A stretch of 64,000 bases of DNA from Nitrosopumilus sp. (GCA_965214775.1 OZ243974.1:1344001-1408000); one strand, 5' to 3'. Shown: positions 21,342 through 32,057, counted from the first letter of the stretch. Notes: a model not told the origin generated them from the letters alone. Program-made: numbers and translations.

Positions 21342-22334
21342 CTATTTTTTAAAAATTGGACCCTGCGTGTAAACCTTTCTTTGAATTGATTTTGAATTGA
21401 AAAATGACTTGTAATTGCTGTACTTGTTTTGCCTGTAATTTTTTACGTCATCTAAAATTTTTGTCTTGAATTCTCTTGCTGCAAATTTGATGTCTTTTTT
21501 TGCATGAAATCCGAATTTCTTTATTTTGGCACCTGATACCCTGTAGTCCCGTTTGTCTACGATATCCCTTGACAAGTCAATTTTTGCCGGCACGGCTTTT
21601 GTCACCTCTTTTGCCGTTTGATTTATTGTCAGATTTTTCCAAACTATGTTGTAAACTCCTTCCATGTTCCTGTCTACAACGAAACTGAATGCTTCTGCCG
21701 CGTCTTCCACGTGCAAAAACGGCCTCCATTGGTTGCCTCCAAACACCGTCAGCTTCTCTTTGTTGATTGCCTGTGCCAAGAACAGGTTTATGGCCAAATC
21801 AAACCTCATTCGGTTTGAAGCTCCAAACAACGTTCCTAAACGCAGTATGGTTGGATAATCATATGCCTGTAAGATGGCCCTCTCTGATTGAAATTTTGAC
21901 TGTCCATACGAATCCAGCGGATTAACCTCAAAATTCTCAGAAATCAGCTTGCTAGGCTGCGCACCATACACAGAACACGTACTTGCAAAAACAAGTTGCT
22001 TTACTTTGTATAACTTGCATAGATCTGCCAAATTTCTTGTTGCCAGATAGTTAATCTCCATTGAAGCTTTTGGGTCCAGTTCTGATGACTGCGTTCCTAC
22101 AATTGATGCCAAATGAATTACGGTGTCTGTTCCCTTGAGGGATTTGCTGACTGTTCCCAAATCCCTGATGTCTCCCTCAACCAATTCCAGCCTTTTGTTT
22201 TTTGAAATTTCTGATATTGATTCTCTTCCGAACAGAAAGTTGTCCAAGACTCTTACATCGTATCCCTTTTGCAGTAATTTTGATGTTAGTAGGGATCCTA
22301 GATATCCTGATCCTCCCGTTAACAATACCTTCAT
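21342..22334 (-). CDS. NAD-dependent sugar epimerase/dehydratase
   Basis: TGGSGYLGS, HLASIVG, YGQSK, RMRFDLAIN. Confidence 0.9.
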   Translation of the reverse strand: MKVLLTGGSGYLGSLLTSKLLQKGYDVRVLDNFLFGRESISEISKNKRLELVEGDIRDLGTVSKSLKGTDTVIHLASIVGTQSSELDPKASMEINYLATRNLADLCKLYKVKQLVFASTCSVYGAQPSKLISENFEVNPLDSYGQSKFQSERAILQAYDYPTILRLGTLFGASNRMRFDLAINLFLAQAINKEKLTVFGGNQWRPFLHVEDAAEAFSFVVDRNMEGVYNIVWKNLTINQTAKEVTKAVPAKIDLSRDIVDKRDYRVSGAKIKKFGFHAKKDIKFAAREFKTKILDDVKNYRQNKYSNYKSFFNSKSIQRKVYTQGPIFKK

Positions 22335-22777
22335 CTGTCTTTTACCTTCCAGACATCACCATAAGCATACGGATCTAGCCTTTCGTCATCCGGATTGTTT
22401 TGATCAAACGGCTCACTTGAAATTCCCAACACCACCGTATCCTCGTTTAATGACATCCATCCCGTATAGACTCCTGTTGGAATTATCAGTACAGACGGAC
22501 TCAGATCTGAAAGCACAAATGTGTTGATTTCCTTGAATGTAGAACTGTCTTTTCTGTCATCCACTGCAACAAACTTTGCCGCCCCGCTAGGGACAAAAAA
22601 TGCCTTTCTCTCGCGGGAATGCTTGTGAAATCCCCTGATCACCCCTTTTGAGAAATTTCCGGTCGTGTAGATCCTCCTTATTTCAAAGGCTTTTTGGCCT
22701 TCGGGCAATATCTGTGAAAGAAACCCCCTGTCATCTATGAAAGACCGTACCTTATTTTGAGTTACCCCCTCAATCAA
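22331..22777 (-). CDS. RmlC-like cupin (NDP-4-keto-6-deoxy-sugar 3,5-epimerase)
   Basis: FIDDRG, VIRGFHKH, LIIPTGV. Confidence 0.85.
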   Translation of the reverse strand: MIEGVTQNKVRSFIDDRGFLSQILPEGQKAFEIRRIYTTGNFSKGVIRGFHKHSRERKAFFVPSGAAKFVAVDDRKDSSTFKEINTFVLSDLSPSVLIIPTGVYTGWMSLNEDTVVLGISSEPFDQNNPDDERLDPYAYGDVWKVKDR

Positions 22778-22816
22778 ATTGTTCTTATTTCTGATGTTTG
22801 ACTAATAACTCTAACC

Positions 22817-24013
22817 CTAAAAAACTTCGTCGGGAATGGTTTTGTTTTTCCATCTGCTTTGATACGGGCTTGTTGAATGATTTGATTCTGTTTTGGGGTG
22901 GTTCCACCATACTTTTTCTGAACATACCTCCTTGTCTAGTTTCTGCAAGACCTTGATCATTTGTTTTGAAAAATCAGGCTTGCCGTATGGATTCTTCCAG
23001 TTGGTTTCTCTGTTGATCATTTTATCTACTGCGTCTATGATGTGTTTTTTGTTTAGCCCTGCCACTATGTTGGATCCAGTTTCCACGGTTTCAGGCCGTT
23101 CGGTACTTATTCTCATCGTTACACATGGGATATGAAAAATACAGGAATCTTCCTGTACTGTGCCTGAATCCGTAATGCAGCAAAATGCATTTTTTTCCAA
23201 CTTGGAAAATTCCAGAAATCCCACCGGATCTAGCAGCCTTATTCCCTTTGAAACTGACAGGTTGTGCCTTTTTACTGATGTGCGTGTTCTGGGATGAATG
23301 GGAAAGATTATCGGCTTGCCATATTTTTTATAAACCGCTTCCAGTGCTTTGAAAATGTTTGAGAGCGGTTTTTTAATCTCTACATTCTCTGGCCTGTGTG
23401 CCGTAACTAAGACGTATCCTCTTTTCTCAACATCCAATTCATCTAATATTTTGTTATCGTCAATTTCTTTTTTGAAATTATTCAGGACCTCAAATACCGG
23501 CTTGCCTGTATGAAATATCCTGTGTTCTGGGATTCCTTCACTTAGAAGGTTTGTCTTCGTGCCTTTGGTTGGCGTAAAAAGGTAATCCGAAACACTGTCT
23601 ATTAGTCTGCGATTTTTCTCTTCAGGCATTCTCCAGTCGAAACTTCTCATTCCAGCCTCTAAATGAGCAACCCTTATCCCCATTTTTGATGCCACGATGC
23701 CGGCTAGTGCCGGATTTGCGTCTGAAAATGAAAAAACCAAGTCCGGCTTCTCTTTTAAAAGCACCTTTTCAAATTTCTGAACCAGTTTTCCTAGCTGCTG
23801 TGACTGTGTTCCTGATCCGATTTTTAAATGATAATCGGGCCTTCTTGGAAATTTTAACTGTTCAAAAAATAATTCGTCAAAGAAATATGAATAATGCTGG
23901 CCTGTGTGTACTATTTTAAAATCAATCTTTTTTTGAATCAGTTGCCTTACCAGCGGCTGATAGTTGATAATGTCTGGCCTAATGCCCAATACGATTAGAT
24001 ATTTTGCCTTCAA
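22817..24013 (-). CDS. wecB: UDP-N-acetylglucosamine 2-epimerase (non-hydrolysing), divergent copy
   Basis: HTGQHY, HLEAGMRSFD..PEEKNR, TAHRPEN, TDSGTVQE, TERPE. Confidence 0.9.
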   Translation of the reverse strand: MKAKYLIVLGIRPDIINYQPLVRQLIQKKIDFKIVHTGQHYSYFFDELFFEQLKFPRRPDYHLKIGSGTQSQQLGKLVQKFEKVLLKEKPDLVFSFSDANPALAGIVASKMGIRVAHLEAGMRSFDWRMPEEKNRRLIDSVSDYLFTPTKGTKTNLLSEGIPEHRIFHTGKPVFEVLNNFKKEIDDNKILDELDVEKRGYVLVTAHRPENVEIKKPLSNIFKALEAVYKKYGKPIIFPIHPRTRTSVKRHNLSVSKGIRLLDPVGFLEFSKLEKNAFCCITDSGTVQEDSCIFHIPCVTMRISTERPETVETGSNIVAGLNKKHIIDAVDKMINRETNWKNPYGKPDFSKQMIKVLQKLDKEVCSEKVWWNHPKTESNHSTSPYQSRWKNKTIPDEVF

Positions 24014-24076
24014 TCTGTGGTGTTTCCAATGATGTTTCCATATATCTTTTGATTAGGAAGATAAATTTACCTTCAA

Positions 24077-25579
24077 ATGTTGTCAAAATCATTGGGATTA
24101 AAAAAGCTTGCAAAAAAAGGACTGAGCATCTACAAGGATTTGCGTTCCGTTGACATCTCTGATGTTTCTGCAGCTGATGACCAAAAGCCTGTAAAATTAG
24201 TCGGCTTTGTCAAATGTTTCAACGAGGGAAGCAACGGAAACTTGGAACGCTGTCTGAGACATTTGTCATGCTTTTGTGATGACATTGCTTTTTGTGACGA
24301 CAGCTCCAGCGACAACAGCTTGGATATTGCCAAGTCATTCACTGAGAACATCATTCAGTTACCAGATGAATTTACAAAGGAACTTGAGCATAAACAAAAG
24401 CTACTTGATCTGACTCTGGCACTAGATCCTGACTGGATAGTGTTTTTGGATCCTGATGAGATTTTTGATAGAAATGGGGAGCTGGGAGGCATCAGAAAGC
24501 TGTGCAGCTATGGCGACAGGCACGGCTTCGATTCCTTCTCGTTTAGGTATCATAATTTGTGGAAAAATCAGGGACAGTACCGGGTAGACGAACTTTGGTT
24601 CAAAAACTGGCAGCCAAAACTATGGAAAAATACCGGCAACTTGCGGTTTGATGTGCGTGACGGGCTGCACTTGCGGCTATACCCGTTGGGACTAGACAAC
24701 GACAGGCGTACTGATATCAAACTCATTCATTACGGTTTTTCAGATGAGGCCAGAGTCAGTAAAAAATATGATAATTACAGAAAGCACGGGCAAACCGGGT
24801 ATGCGCTATCTAGAATTAAGGACGAGACAACGTTATTCCTGAAAGATTTTACACGAGACTGGCTTCCTCCGTCCACATTTAAGATATCTGTGATCTGTCT
24901 GATTTACAAATCCATCGACTATGCAAACTTTGTTTTTAACTCGTTTTCAAAATATACCGATAATCCGAACAACAATGTTGACTTTCACTTCATTGCAAAC
25001 GATCCCACCGACAAGCTGGAAGATTACCTGAAAACCTCTAAGATGAATTATAAATTATTTTGTAATGATGACCCTGACGAATACTACTTGAAGCGTGTTT
25101 ATCGAGCTTGGAATTACGGCGGAATGAATGCCGAGGGCGACGTTATCGTTTTTGTAAATTCTGACATGGCCTTTTCTCCGCACTGGCTGGAGAATCTCAT
25201 TAAGAACTTGAACAAAACCACTATTGTCACCTCCAGACTTGTCGAATCGGGAAAGCTACGTTCCGGCAGGCATGGCATCGAAAAAAACTTTGGAACGTCT
25301 CATGATGATTTTGATGACAAAGGATTTCAAAAATTTGCTAAAACAATCTCAAGGGATGAGTGCAAAGACGGTGGGCTTTTCATGCCCTGTGCCATGTACA
25401 GGGATGTTTTTACAAAAAGTGGGGGCTATCCTATTGGCAATCGTACTGAAAAAAACGGCAACATCACGCCCGGAGACAAGATTTTCTTTTATGAGAATCT
25501 CAAATCGATGAACATCCGACACGTTACGGCCTTTGACAGCATTGTATATCATGTTCAGGAGGGCGAAATGGACTCTTGA
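24077..25579 (+). CDS. Two-domain GT-A (family 2) glycosyltransferase
   Basis: First domain DDSSSD..LDPDE..IHYG; second domain RAWNYG..FVNSDMAF. Confidence 0.8.
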   Translation: MLSKSLGLKKLAKKGLSIYKDLRSVDISDVSAADDQKPVKLVGFVKCFNEGSNGNLERCLRHLSCFCDDIAFCDDSSSDNSLDIAKSFTENIIQLPDEFTKELEHKQKLLDLTLALDPDWIVFLDPDEIFDRNGELGGIRKLCSYGDRHGFDSFSFRYHNLWKNQGQYRVDELWFKNWQPKLWKNTGNLRFDVRDGLHLRLYPLGLDNDRRTDIKLIHYGFSDEARVSKKYDNYRKHGQTGYALSRIKDETTLFLKDFTRDWLPPSTFKISVICLIYKSIDYANFVFNSFSKYTDNPNNNVDFHFIANDPTDKLEDYLKTSKMNYKLFCNDDPDEYYLKRVYRAWNYGGMNAEGDVIVFVNSDMAFSPHWLENLIKNLNKTTIVTSRLVESGKLRSGRHGIEKNFGTSHDDFDDKGFQKFAKTISRDECKDGGLFMPCAMYRDVFTKSGGYPIGNRTEKNGNITPGDKIFFYENLKSMNIRHVTAFDSIVYHVQEGEMDS

Positions 25580-25648
25580 ACGCATATGCCGTAAAACGAA
25601 TGCTCTATAATCCTGTGTCCTTTGCAGCTTTTCTGAAAACTCGAAATA

Positions 25649-25733
25649 TGTCTTATGCGGAAATTAGGTTTATCCTGATATTTTGAGAAAAACCAAGGAA
25701 CGCTTTGCACTTTACCGATCAAGAAAAACGATG
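25649..25733 (+). mobile_element. IS481 left-end remnant
   Basis: TGT..GAAATTAGGT..CTTTACCGATCAAGAAAAACGATG resembles 5531-5614. Confidence 0.55.
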
Positions 25734-25806
25734 AAAAACCTGAAAACGACATGTTTGCCCAGATTCCAGCATTCCTCTACGACATTGAGGTACGGCGATC
25801 CCCTAG

Positions 25807-26652
25807 CTACTGCCAGTCGAATCTCTGGCCGACCAGATCGAACAGCCTCTCGTTGTGCGGCCTGAAGAACCGCTCGAGTTCTGCGCGGATGTGGTTTGGG
25901 AGCTTCTGAGGATAGGCCAAATGGTTACGTGGCGCAAGGTCGTATTTGCCACGTTGCGATATGCCAAGAAAGTTACAGGTCCTTTTCAGGGTCTTTTCTG
26001 GGGACGCCGACAGCTCGTTAAAGTCCAGTATCAGGATGTTTTTTCTCTCAAATTCCTCAAAGTACGGTGCGAGCAGATCCGCGTATATGCTCTGTTTTTT
26101 GTACTGTAGATGGGGCGGCGGCGAATGTACTCGATCCTCCTCCCTTAAGGCCTGTTCTAGGCTGCGGTTCTCAGTCTTAAGGTGGTTTGCCATGCCGTTA
26201 TAGTGTGCAAATGTCCTGTCCACAGGATTGCGCAGGATCGCAATTATCTTTACGCCTGGGACGTCCCGCCTGATGTCGGAGGCCAGGGCCGCGTATCTCA
26301 TGTAGGATACGGAGGCCTCACCCGTTATCTTGCCGCGACATTCAGATTCAAGCGGAAAGTTGCCCCTGTACCAAGTCAGGCCAAATCTGTAATAGTTGCT
26401 CCAGAAATTGACCTCTTTTCTCAGCGCGGGCAATATGTGCTCATGCTGGATAAGATACTCATACAGCGAGGTGGTGCCGGATCTGTGGGCACCTATGATG
26501 ATAAAGTCTGGCAGCTTCCGTTTTTTTGCAGTCAGCCCACGTCGGATGTAGGCTAGCGTAGGCCTAATATTCTCGCCGTTCCTGTGGTATGCCCAGTAAC
26601 GTGGGAATGCCCTTGCCACAATTTTTTTAGGCAGTAAGATGCGAACTTTCAC
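25807..26652 (-). CDS. PAPS-dependent sulfotransferase (Sulfotransfer_1, glycan O-sulfotransferase-like)
   Basis: LPDFIIIGAHRSGTTSL (5'-PSB), KEVNFW, ITGEASVSY, LRNPVDR (3'-PB). Confidence 0.9.
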   Translation of the reverse strand: MKVRILLPKKIVARAFPRYWAYHRNGENIRPTLAYIRRGLTAKKRKLPDFIIIGAHRSGTTSLYEYLIQHEHILPALRKEVNFWSNYYRFGLTWYRGNFPLESECRGKITGEASVSYMRYAALASDIRRDVPGVKIIAILRNPVDRTFAHYNGMANHLKTENRSLEQALREEDRVHSPPPHLQYKKQSIYADLLAPYFEEFERKNILILDFNELSASPEKTLKRTCNFLGISQRGKYDLAPRNHLAYPQKLPNHIRAELERFFRPHNERLFDLVGQRFDWQ

Positions 26653-26763
26653 AGTGTGGTGCGATACTGCCCGTTATTTTTTTCTATCTCTCCGTGTCCA
26701 CGTGTTATGGGGGTTGTCGCCTAATTCATCAGAATTTCTGAAAATCATACGATGTTATCCGGA

Positions 26764-26877
26764 CTATACTGATGACCATTGAAAATTTCGCCTCCCTTAC
26801 ACGCTGCGCCCAAGATACTTGTAGATGTCAACCTTATGAAACACGTCCTGAAATAATGCTCTGAGAGTCAGTACAGT
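26764..26877. mobile_element. Internally deleted IS630 derivative (mini-element)
   Basis: Matches the IS630 end at 30562-30650; ends CTATACTGA..TCAGTACAG; preceded by a MITE-A half at ~26710. Confidence 0.6.
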
Positions 26878-26963
26878 CGAAATAATTTCGGCACAATACA
26901 TATAATCACTGATCATGATGAATTTAAGCCACTTGTTCTCAATATGGTTGGACGCCACAAATA

Positions 26964-27854
26964 ATGATAGTTATAATTTCAGGCCACATTAGAGGAATTG
27001 TATCGGATGAAGAAACCATGTGGTCAAGATTGGAAAAAAACATAGCCAACAGCAAGTCCATAGGAATAGCCGGTTTGGAAAGGCCGTTGGAACAAGAATT
27101 AGATGAAATAAAACCGGAATTAGTAATTCAAAATTCGACTCTGGGCAAGCTATCCGATTACAAAACAATAAGCTTTCTCCAGGATCCGTTTATTGCAATG
27201 AAAAAACATTTTGATACGCCACTAATCAGACTAAAAGCGAAGGTTAGAAAAAGAAAGTCGATAAGTGATAAACTAAAAGATCAGATTGCGTCATTCCAAA
27301 ATTCAATCAAAGTAACAAACTCTGCATACATGGCAGATCTGTATTCGGAATATGGGGAGTTTAAGATAATCCCGATGGGCGTGGACCATGATCTGTTCAA
27401 GCCCATGAATAAGTCAGAACTAAGGAAAAAATACGGTATCCCAAAAGATAAAACCGTAAAAATCTTTGTCGGATCCCGGCACCCGGTAAAGGGTTTTAAC
27501 GCAATTAAAGAAATTATTCAGGCAGAACGCAACGCTGCTTTTTGGATTTTGGTTCTAAAAGACGCTCCCATGTCAGACGGCCATAATTACAGGGCATTCC
27601 ATAGAATTTCCCAGAATGTACTTGCAGAATTGTACAATTGCTCGGATCTTATGGTCTCAAGAAGCATCACAGAAAGTTTTGGCCTTGCAATGGTAGAGGC
27701 CATGTTCTGCGACGTACCTGTAGATTCCACAAAGACAGGCGTGTTTTGGGATTGGGAGCCTGACTTTGAGCATCCCAGAAAGGCGGCATTAGAGCACAAA
27801 TTGGATAAAGACAGCTGGATGAGTAGATGGAATCAATTCATAAGACAATGTTAG
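26964..27854 (+). CDS. Glycosyltransferase family 4
   Basis: IIPMGVD, VGSRHPVKG, ESFGLAMVEAM. Confidence 0.88.
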   Translation: MIVIISGHIRGIVSDEETMWSRLEKNIANSKSIGIAGLERPLEQELDEIKPELVIQNSTLGKLSDYKTISFLQDPFIAMKKHFDTPLIRLKAKVRKRKSISDKLKDQIASFQNSIKVTNSAYMADLYSEYGEFKIIPMGVDHDLFKPMNKSELRKKYGIPKDKTVKIFVGSRHPVKGFNAIKEIIQAERNAAFWILVLKDAPMSDGHNYRAFHRISQNVLAELYNCSDLMVSRSITESFGLAMVEAMFCDVPVDSTKTGVFWDWEPDFEHPRKAALEHKLDKDSWMSRWNQFIRQC

Positions 27855-28069
27855 TCATTTTTAAAAAAAACATCCAACATGAGACGCGAACTGATCCGAA
27901 AACTAACAAACCAGTCATTCTTTGTAGCATCTGACCGGGGTTGCCGCCTAATTAGATAATTTGCCTACTCTCTTAATCCACGCACATATTGATCGGTCAG
28001 ATGTGGGTTCTCAATGGGGGTTGCCGCCTAATTCCGTACAAGACAGCTAATTCCGTCTACTTGACTCGA

Positions 28070-28177
28070 CCTGCACGTTTTTCTGAATTTCTTCCCTTTT
28101 GCATGAACTGGGAGATGCACACAGTTACAGTGGGACTGCTTCCTGCACGTTTTTCTGAATTTCTTCCCTTTTGCATG
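28070..28177. repeat. Repeat-spacer-repeat unit (36/36/36 bp)
   Basis: CCTGCACGTTTTTCTGAATTTCTTCCCTTTTGCATG at 28070-28105 and 28142-28177 around a unique 36 bp. Confidence 0.93.
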
Positions 28178-28180
28178 CCT

Positions 28181-28300
28181 GGCAGCAGGTTAGCCCCTGC
28201 CTAGAGTTGGAGTTGCATCCCTTGCCGGCCAGGCATGAAAATCACAACTGCAAACAGATTCGTGTCTGATTGCTGCCTAGGCAGGGGCTAACCTGTTACC
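28181..28300. mobile_element. MITE family B (120 bp) nested in MITE-A
   Basis: TIR GGCAGCAGGTTAGCCCCTGCCTAG / CTAGGCAGGGGCTAACCTGTTACC; 6-bp TSD ATGCCT. Confidence 0.85.
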
Positions 28301-28668
28301 ATGCCTGATCCGCGTGGCATCCCAGCGGTTTTCAGGAATTCTGATGAATTAGGCGACAACTCTCATGTGTAAACAAACAAACATCATTAAATCGGTTAAA
28401 ATGCTTGCAAATGACCAGCTAAGCGAAATGTAAATGATCTTTGTTGTTTTGCCTTGCTATTGAGGCGGTGCCTCTTGTCCAATTTTTGTTTTTACTCGAT
28501 TTCTTGACACATTTCACCTAGCTGATGACAAGATGTCTGTACATAAAATTACTTGGCAAGTGGGCAGAAAATCAAGGGATTAATCTACGGTTTCTAATTT
28601 AGGGCAGTCGTCTTCCAACCCGGACTTTGCGGCGCTTTTGAGCCTGCTGAAAAAGGCAGGCCGGGGAT

Positions 28669-29652
28669 TCAAAGCAGCTCCCTCATCAGATCCACAAGGG
28701 ATTCGGCCGCCCTGTCGTTTGTGAGGTTCTCCAGCGTGTGCCTTTTGCCGCGCGCCGCTATCTGTTCCCACTTTGGATCATCCGGAGATGCCAGGTACTC
28801 CTCGAACCTTTTTTTGTAGTTTTTAGAGTTGATGAACACGGCGCTCTCCCCGTCCCGGAATCCCAGATATCCGCAGTCGCTTTCCTCTGAGACCTGCATG
28901 AATGTCAGGCATCCGGCAGCCGTGGACTCCCAGTATTTGACGGTGGGAAAGTACCTTGCTGCAGCTATGGCTGCCCTGTACCGTGACAGGTGTGCAATAA
29001 AGTCCGGATGTCCGCCGTACACGAGTGGCCCCACATAGTCAACATATGGCAGGCCTTTGCATTTTCTCCTCAGCTTGTACTGATGCCAGCCATAGATCAC
29101 CGTGGGTCTTAAAACATTATATAGCAAATATCTGATCTTCTTCTCCTCTAGCCTGCCGGTGAGCAGGATTTGATTCTTCGTCCTGTCCTTGAATGCAGGC
29201 GTCCTGGGCAAATCGGGCTCAACGCCGTATGTTATTGTCTTGTACTTGAAACTGCTTGGAAAGTACTTGTAAAAATAGCTCCGTGGCATAAAGTTGAAAC
29301 AGCAGTCGATATTCCATTTTTCGTGAAATCCAATCAGATCCCACTGTTTTATGCGGTGGGGATCATGCGTATGGGCGATCACCGGAATGTCAAGCTCTTT
29401 GACGTTTTCCAAGTGGGGCGTGCTCAGGTCGCTGTTGGTGCACAGTATGACGTCATATCTTCCCCTGAGCTTTGCCGCATCAAAGCTACGTTCTGCGGGA
29501 AAATAACCCATCTGCAGATGCCTGTTTCTTCTCAGGGCGTGAAAGAAAAAATAGTACCTGTTGTTGATGGAGTTGCTTTTGTTATAGTATCTCCACGACG
29601 GCTTGTAGATAAAGGCTGCCCTGATCTGCTGCTTTTCTTTGGATTCGCTCAT
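28669..29652 (-). CDS. Putative GT-B glycosyltransferase (Glyco_trans_1_2/CgeB-like)
   Basis: HDPH, TVKYWESTAAGCLTF, GFRDGESAVFI, QIAARG; start chosen at MSESK. Confidence 0.7.
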   Translation of the reverse strand: MSESKEKQQIRAAFIYKPSWRYYNKSNSINNRYYFFFHALRRNRHLQMGYFPAERSFDAAKLRGRYDVILCTNSDLSTPHLENVKELDIPVIAHTHDPHRIKQWDLIGFHEKWNIDCCFNFMPRSYFYKYFPSSFKYKTITYGVEPDLPRTPAFKDRTKNQILLTGRLEEKKIRYLLYNVLRPTVIYGWHQYKLRRKCKGLPYVDYVGPLVYGGHPDFIAHLSRYRAAIAAARYFPTVKYWESTAAGCLTFMQVSEESDCGYLGFRDGESAVFINSKNYKKRFEEYLASPDDPKWEQIAARGKRHTLENLTNDRAAESLVDLMRELL

Positions 29653-29956
29653 TTTGACCTGATGCTTTTGGGGATGCCTACATGCTTTTCTGCTGCTAGC
29701 CTGCCATCCAGCTGTTCTGTGTGAATTTTCACCCATACTTGCCCATCTTCCCATGCGCCTTTTCTGGATTGTTTATCTACAGCGATATCTCTTGTATGCA
29801 TCCCTTGTAACCTTTCTCCTTGGCTAGGAATCCCGCCTTTTTATCCTTTATAGTCTCATCATGGTAAGATTTTACCCCATCTCGAGGAATACGGCGTGGT
29901 AGGCACGATCATGAATGTCCCGGCCAGCCTTGTCGCCTGAGGGGCAAACTCGTACA

Positions 29957-30038
29957 CTAGACTTTATGCGTAATCGACCTGAATGATATGAATTTGTTCG
30001 TAACAATCCTAGTTTTGAACCGATTACGCAAAGTCTAG
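29957..30038. mobile_element. MITE family C (~80 bp)
   Basis: TIR CTAGACTTT(A)TGCGTAATCG / CGATTACGCAAAGTCTAG; other copies at 42600-42678 and, interrupted, ~43540-43705. Confidence 0.75.
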
Positions 30039-30300
30039 CGGTGTTGCCAAGCAGCAGGGAGCGGATCGCCAGAATTCTGGTATGAACCCCGGCATCCTTT
30101 TCCACACGCATGACGTCCGTGAGGATTTTCGCCTTGTCCGTGTTTGGATGGCCATGGCAGAAGATCTACAAACACTCACAAGGCGTGTAATCCGGTGAAA
30201 TTTTCAATGATCATCAGTGCAAGATCACGATTATGGACAGCCCCCGAGCATCAGCATAAATTAATAATGAGTTCTGGGTTCCGTACGGTACCTGAATTCT

Positions 30301-30561
30301 ATGAAGACTGCCGTTGTAATGGGAACGAGGCCGGAGATAATCAAACTCACTCCAGTCATAAACCAACTACGCAACAAAGACTGCACAATGATATTCTCCG
30401 GACAGCACTATGACCGCTTAATGGGCATGGATTTCATTGATCAACTCGGCCTACGTAGGCCCGACTATTCTTTGCAAATTTCAGCCCATCCAGCGGTTCA
30501 GATGGGTGAAATCATGATCAGGCTTTCTAAAATACTTGACGAGATAAAGCCTGACACCGTT
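30301..30561 (+). pseudogene. wecB: Truncated wecB paralog cut by IS630
   Basis: MKTAVVMGTRPEIIKL..SGQHYD nearly identical to the N-terminus of 35619-36692; ends at the IS630 terminus. Confidence 0.85.
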
Positions 30562-31165
30562 CTATACTGATACTCATTGAAAATTTCGCCTGACTACACG
30601 CTGCGCTCAAGATACCTGTAGATGTCAACCCTTATGGAACACGTCCTAAAGTATTCCGAGACGGCCCTTTTGAGGTGATCCACCGTCTCGTAAAAGGCCG
30701 ATGTTACCAGCCTGTACTTGGCATCCTTCCATACTGCCTCTATGGCGCTCAGCTCCGGCCTAGCTACCGGCAGGTACAGCAGGACAACGTCGGGATTCTT
30801 CTTCAGGTACCTGCGAACCTTCTTGGTCCTGTGCTGTGATGCGTTGTCCATCACCATCAGTACCTTTCCCCACTTTCTGTGCGCCTGTTTGAGATAGTCT
30901 ACAAAGTTTGCGCTGTTGAACTTGTCATATGTGCGCATCAGCCTGGTTCTGTCATCTGCAATCGTTCCGTATACCACGACGCGCTCCCTCCTGCCGGATC
31001 GCCCCACCACCTCGATCCTGTCTCCCACGGGAGACCAGAACTTTTTGCCGTCCCTTCCCGTACTGATGAATATCGACTCGTCCTTTACCGTCATCCCAAA
31101 TCCGCGCCTTTTTGCAAGCGCAATCTCGGCCTGTCAGAGTTTTCCATCTAGAACCATCCACCGAT
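30562..31165 (-). mobile_element. IS630-family element, 5'-truncated (DDE ORF 30594-31094)
   Basis: DESIF, VMDNASQH, LPVARPELSAIEAVW motifs. Confidence 0.85.
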
Positions 31166-31169
31166 AACT

Positions 31170-32057
31170 TTAGTTCCCTAGCTGATTCTTCTTCTTATTG
31201 TTCAGGTATGTCTTTAGGATTTTATCAGATGTCGACTTGGGCAGGAATCTGAACATTGAGTTTCTTAACATTCTACGAATTCGAGTAGATGCCGGCTTGG
31301 TTTTTTCATATTTTTTTAACGCATTTACATACTTGATTCTCTGATCATCTGGCAACCTGTCAAGTACTAGTGATTTAATGTGTGAAATTTGTTCTAGCGC
31401 ATCGTTATATCGCCGCTGGGTTAGCTGGGAGAAATGCATCCTATATTTTGCAATATTTTCATTAACAAGACGCATCCTGCAACCATGCAATAGGCAGCAT
31501 CTGAGCCAAAACTCATAATCTTCCTTGTACCCAACGGTTTCATCAAATAACCCACATTTTGCAAATACTGATTTGTGAATCATACTCGTTGTTCCATTGC
31601 CGTAAAAACGATCTAGCAAGAGCACGTTTCTCTCAAAATTTGACAAGTTATCATTATTGTCTTCAATATGATCGTCTATTTTATTTCCGTCTTCATCAAT
31701 TATCTCATAGTTTGCATAGAAAATACAGTTCGCAGCCTCGCTTGTTTGATTGACCGAGTCAGCCAGAGTTTGGATCGCATTGGACTTTAACAAGTCATCT
31801 GCACTGAGCCATTTGAACCAATCGCCAGTCATTTGTCTAAACCCGTAATTTAATGCAGAAGAAGTTCCGCCATTAGGCTTTTTAAAAACAGATATTTTAT
31901 CTGAAAAGCCTTGTAAAATTTCCTGCGAGTCATCTGTGGAACCATCATCTACGGCAATAACCTCGATATTCGAGTAAGACTGCTCGAGGGCAGACGTCAC
32001 ACATTGTTCGACATATTTTTCAGCATTATAAACAGGAATTACTACGGAGATCTTCAT
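31170..32057 (-). CDS. Glycosyltransferase family 2
   Basis: ISVVIPVYN, VDDGSTD, NGGTSSALN, WLSADD, EDYEFWLR. Confidence 0.93.
   Translation of the reverse strand: MKISVVIPVYNAEKYVEQCVTSALEQSYSNIEVIAVDDGSTDDSQEILQGFSDKISVFKKPNGGTSSALNYGFRQMTGDWFKWLSADDLLKSNAIQTLADSVNQTSEAANCIFYANYEIIDEDGNKIDDHIEDNNDNLSNFERNVLLLDRFYGNGTTSMIHKSVFAKCGLFDETVGYKEDYEFWLRCCLLHGCRMRLVNENIAKYRMHFSQLTQRRYNDALEQISHIKSLVLDRLPDDQRIKYVNALKKYEKTKPASTRIRRMLRNSMFRFLPKSTSDKILKTYLNNKKKNQLGN

Larger units (their letters stand above)
28017..28363. mobile_element. MITE family A carrying a spacer-like insertion and a nested MITE-B
   Basis: TIRs GGGGTTGCCGCCTAATT / AATTAGGCGACAACTC; interior matches 6886-7015 and 59994-60238. Confidence 0.85.
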
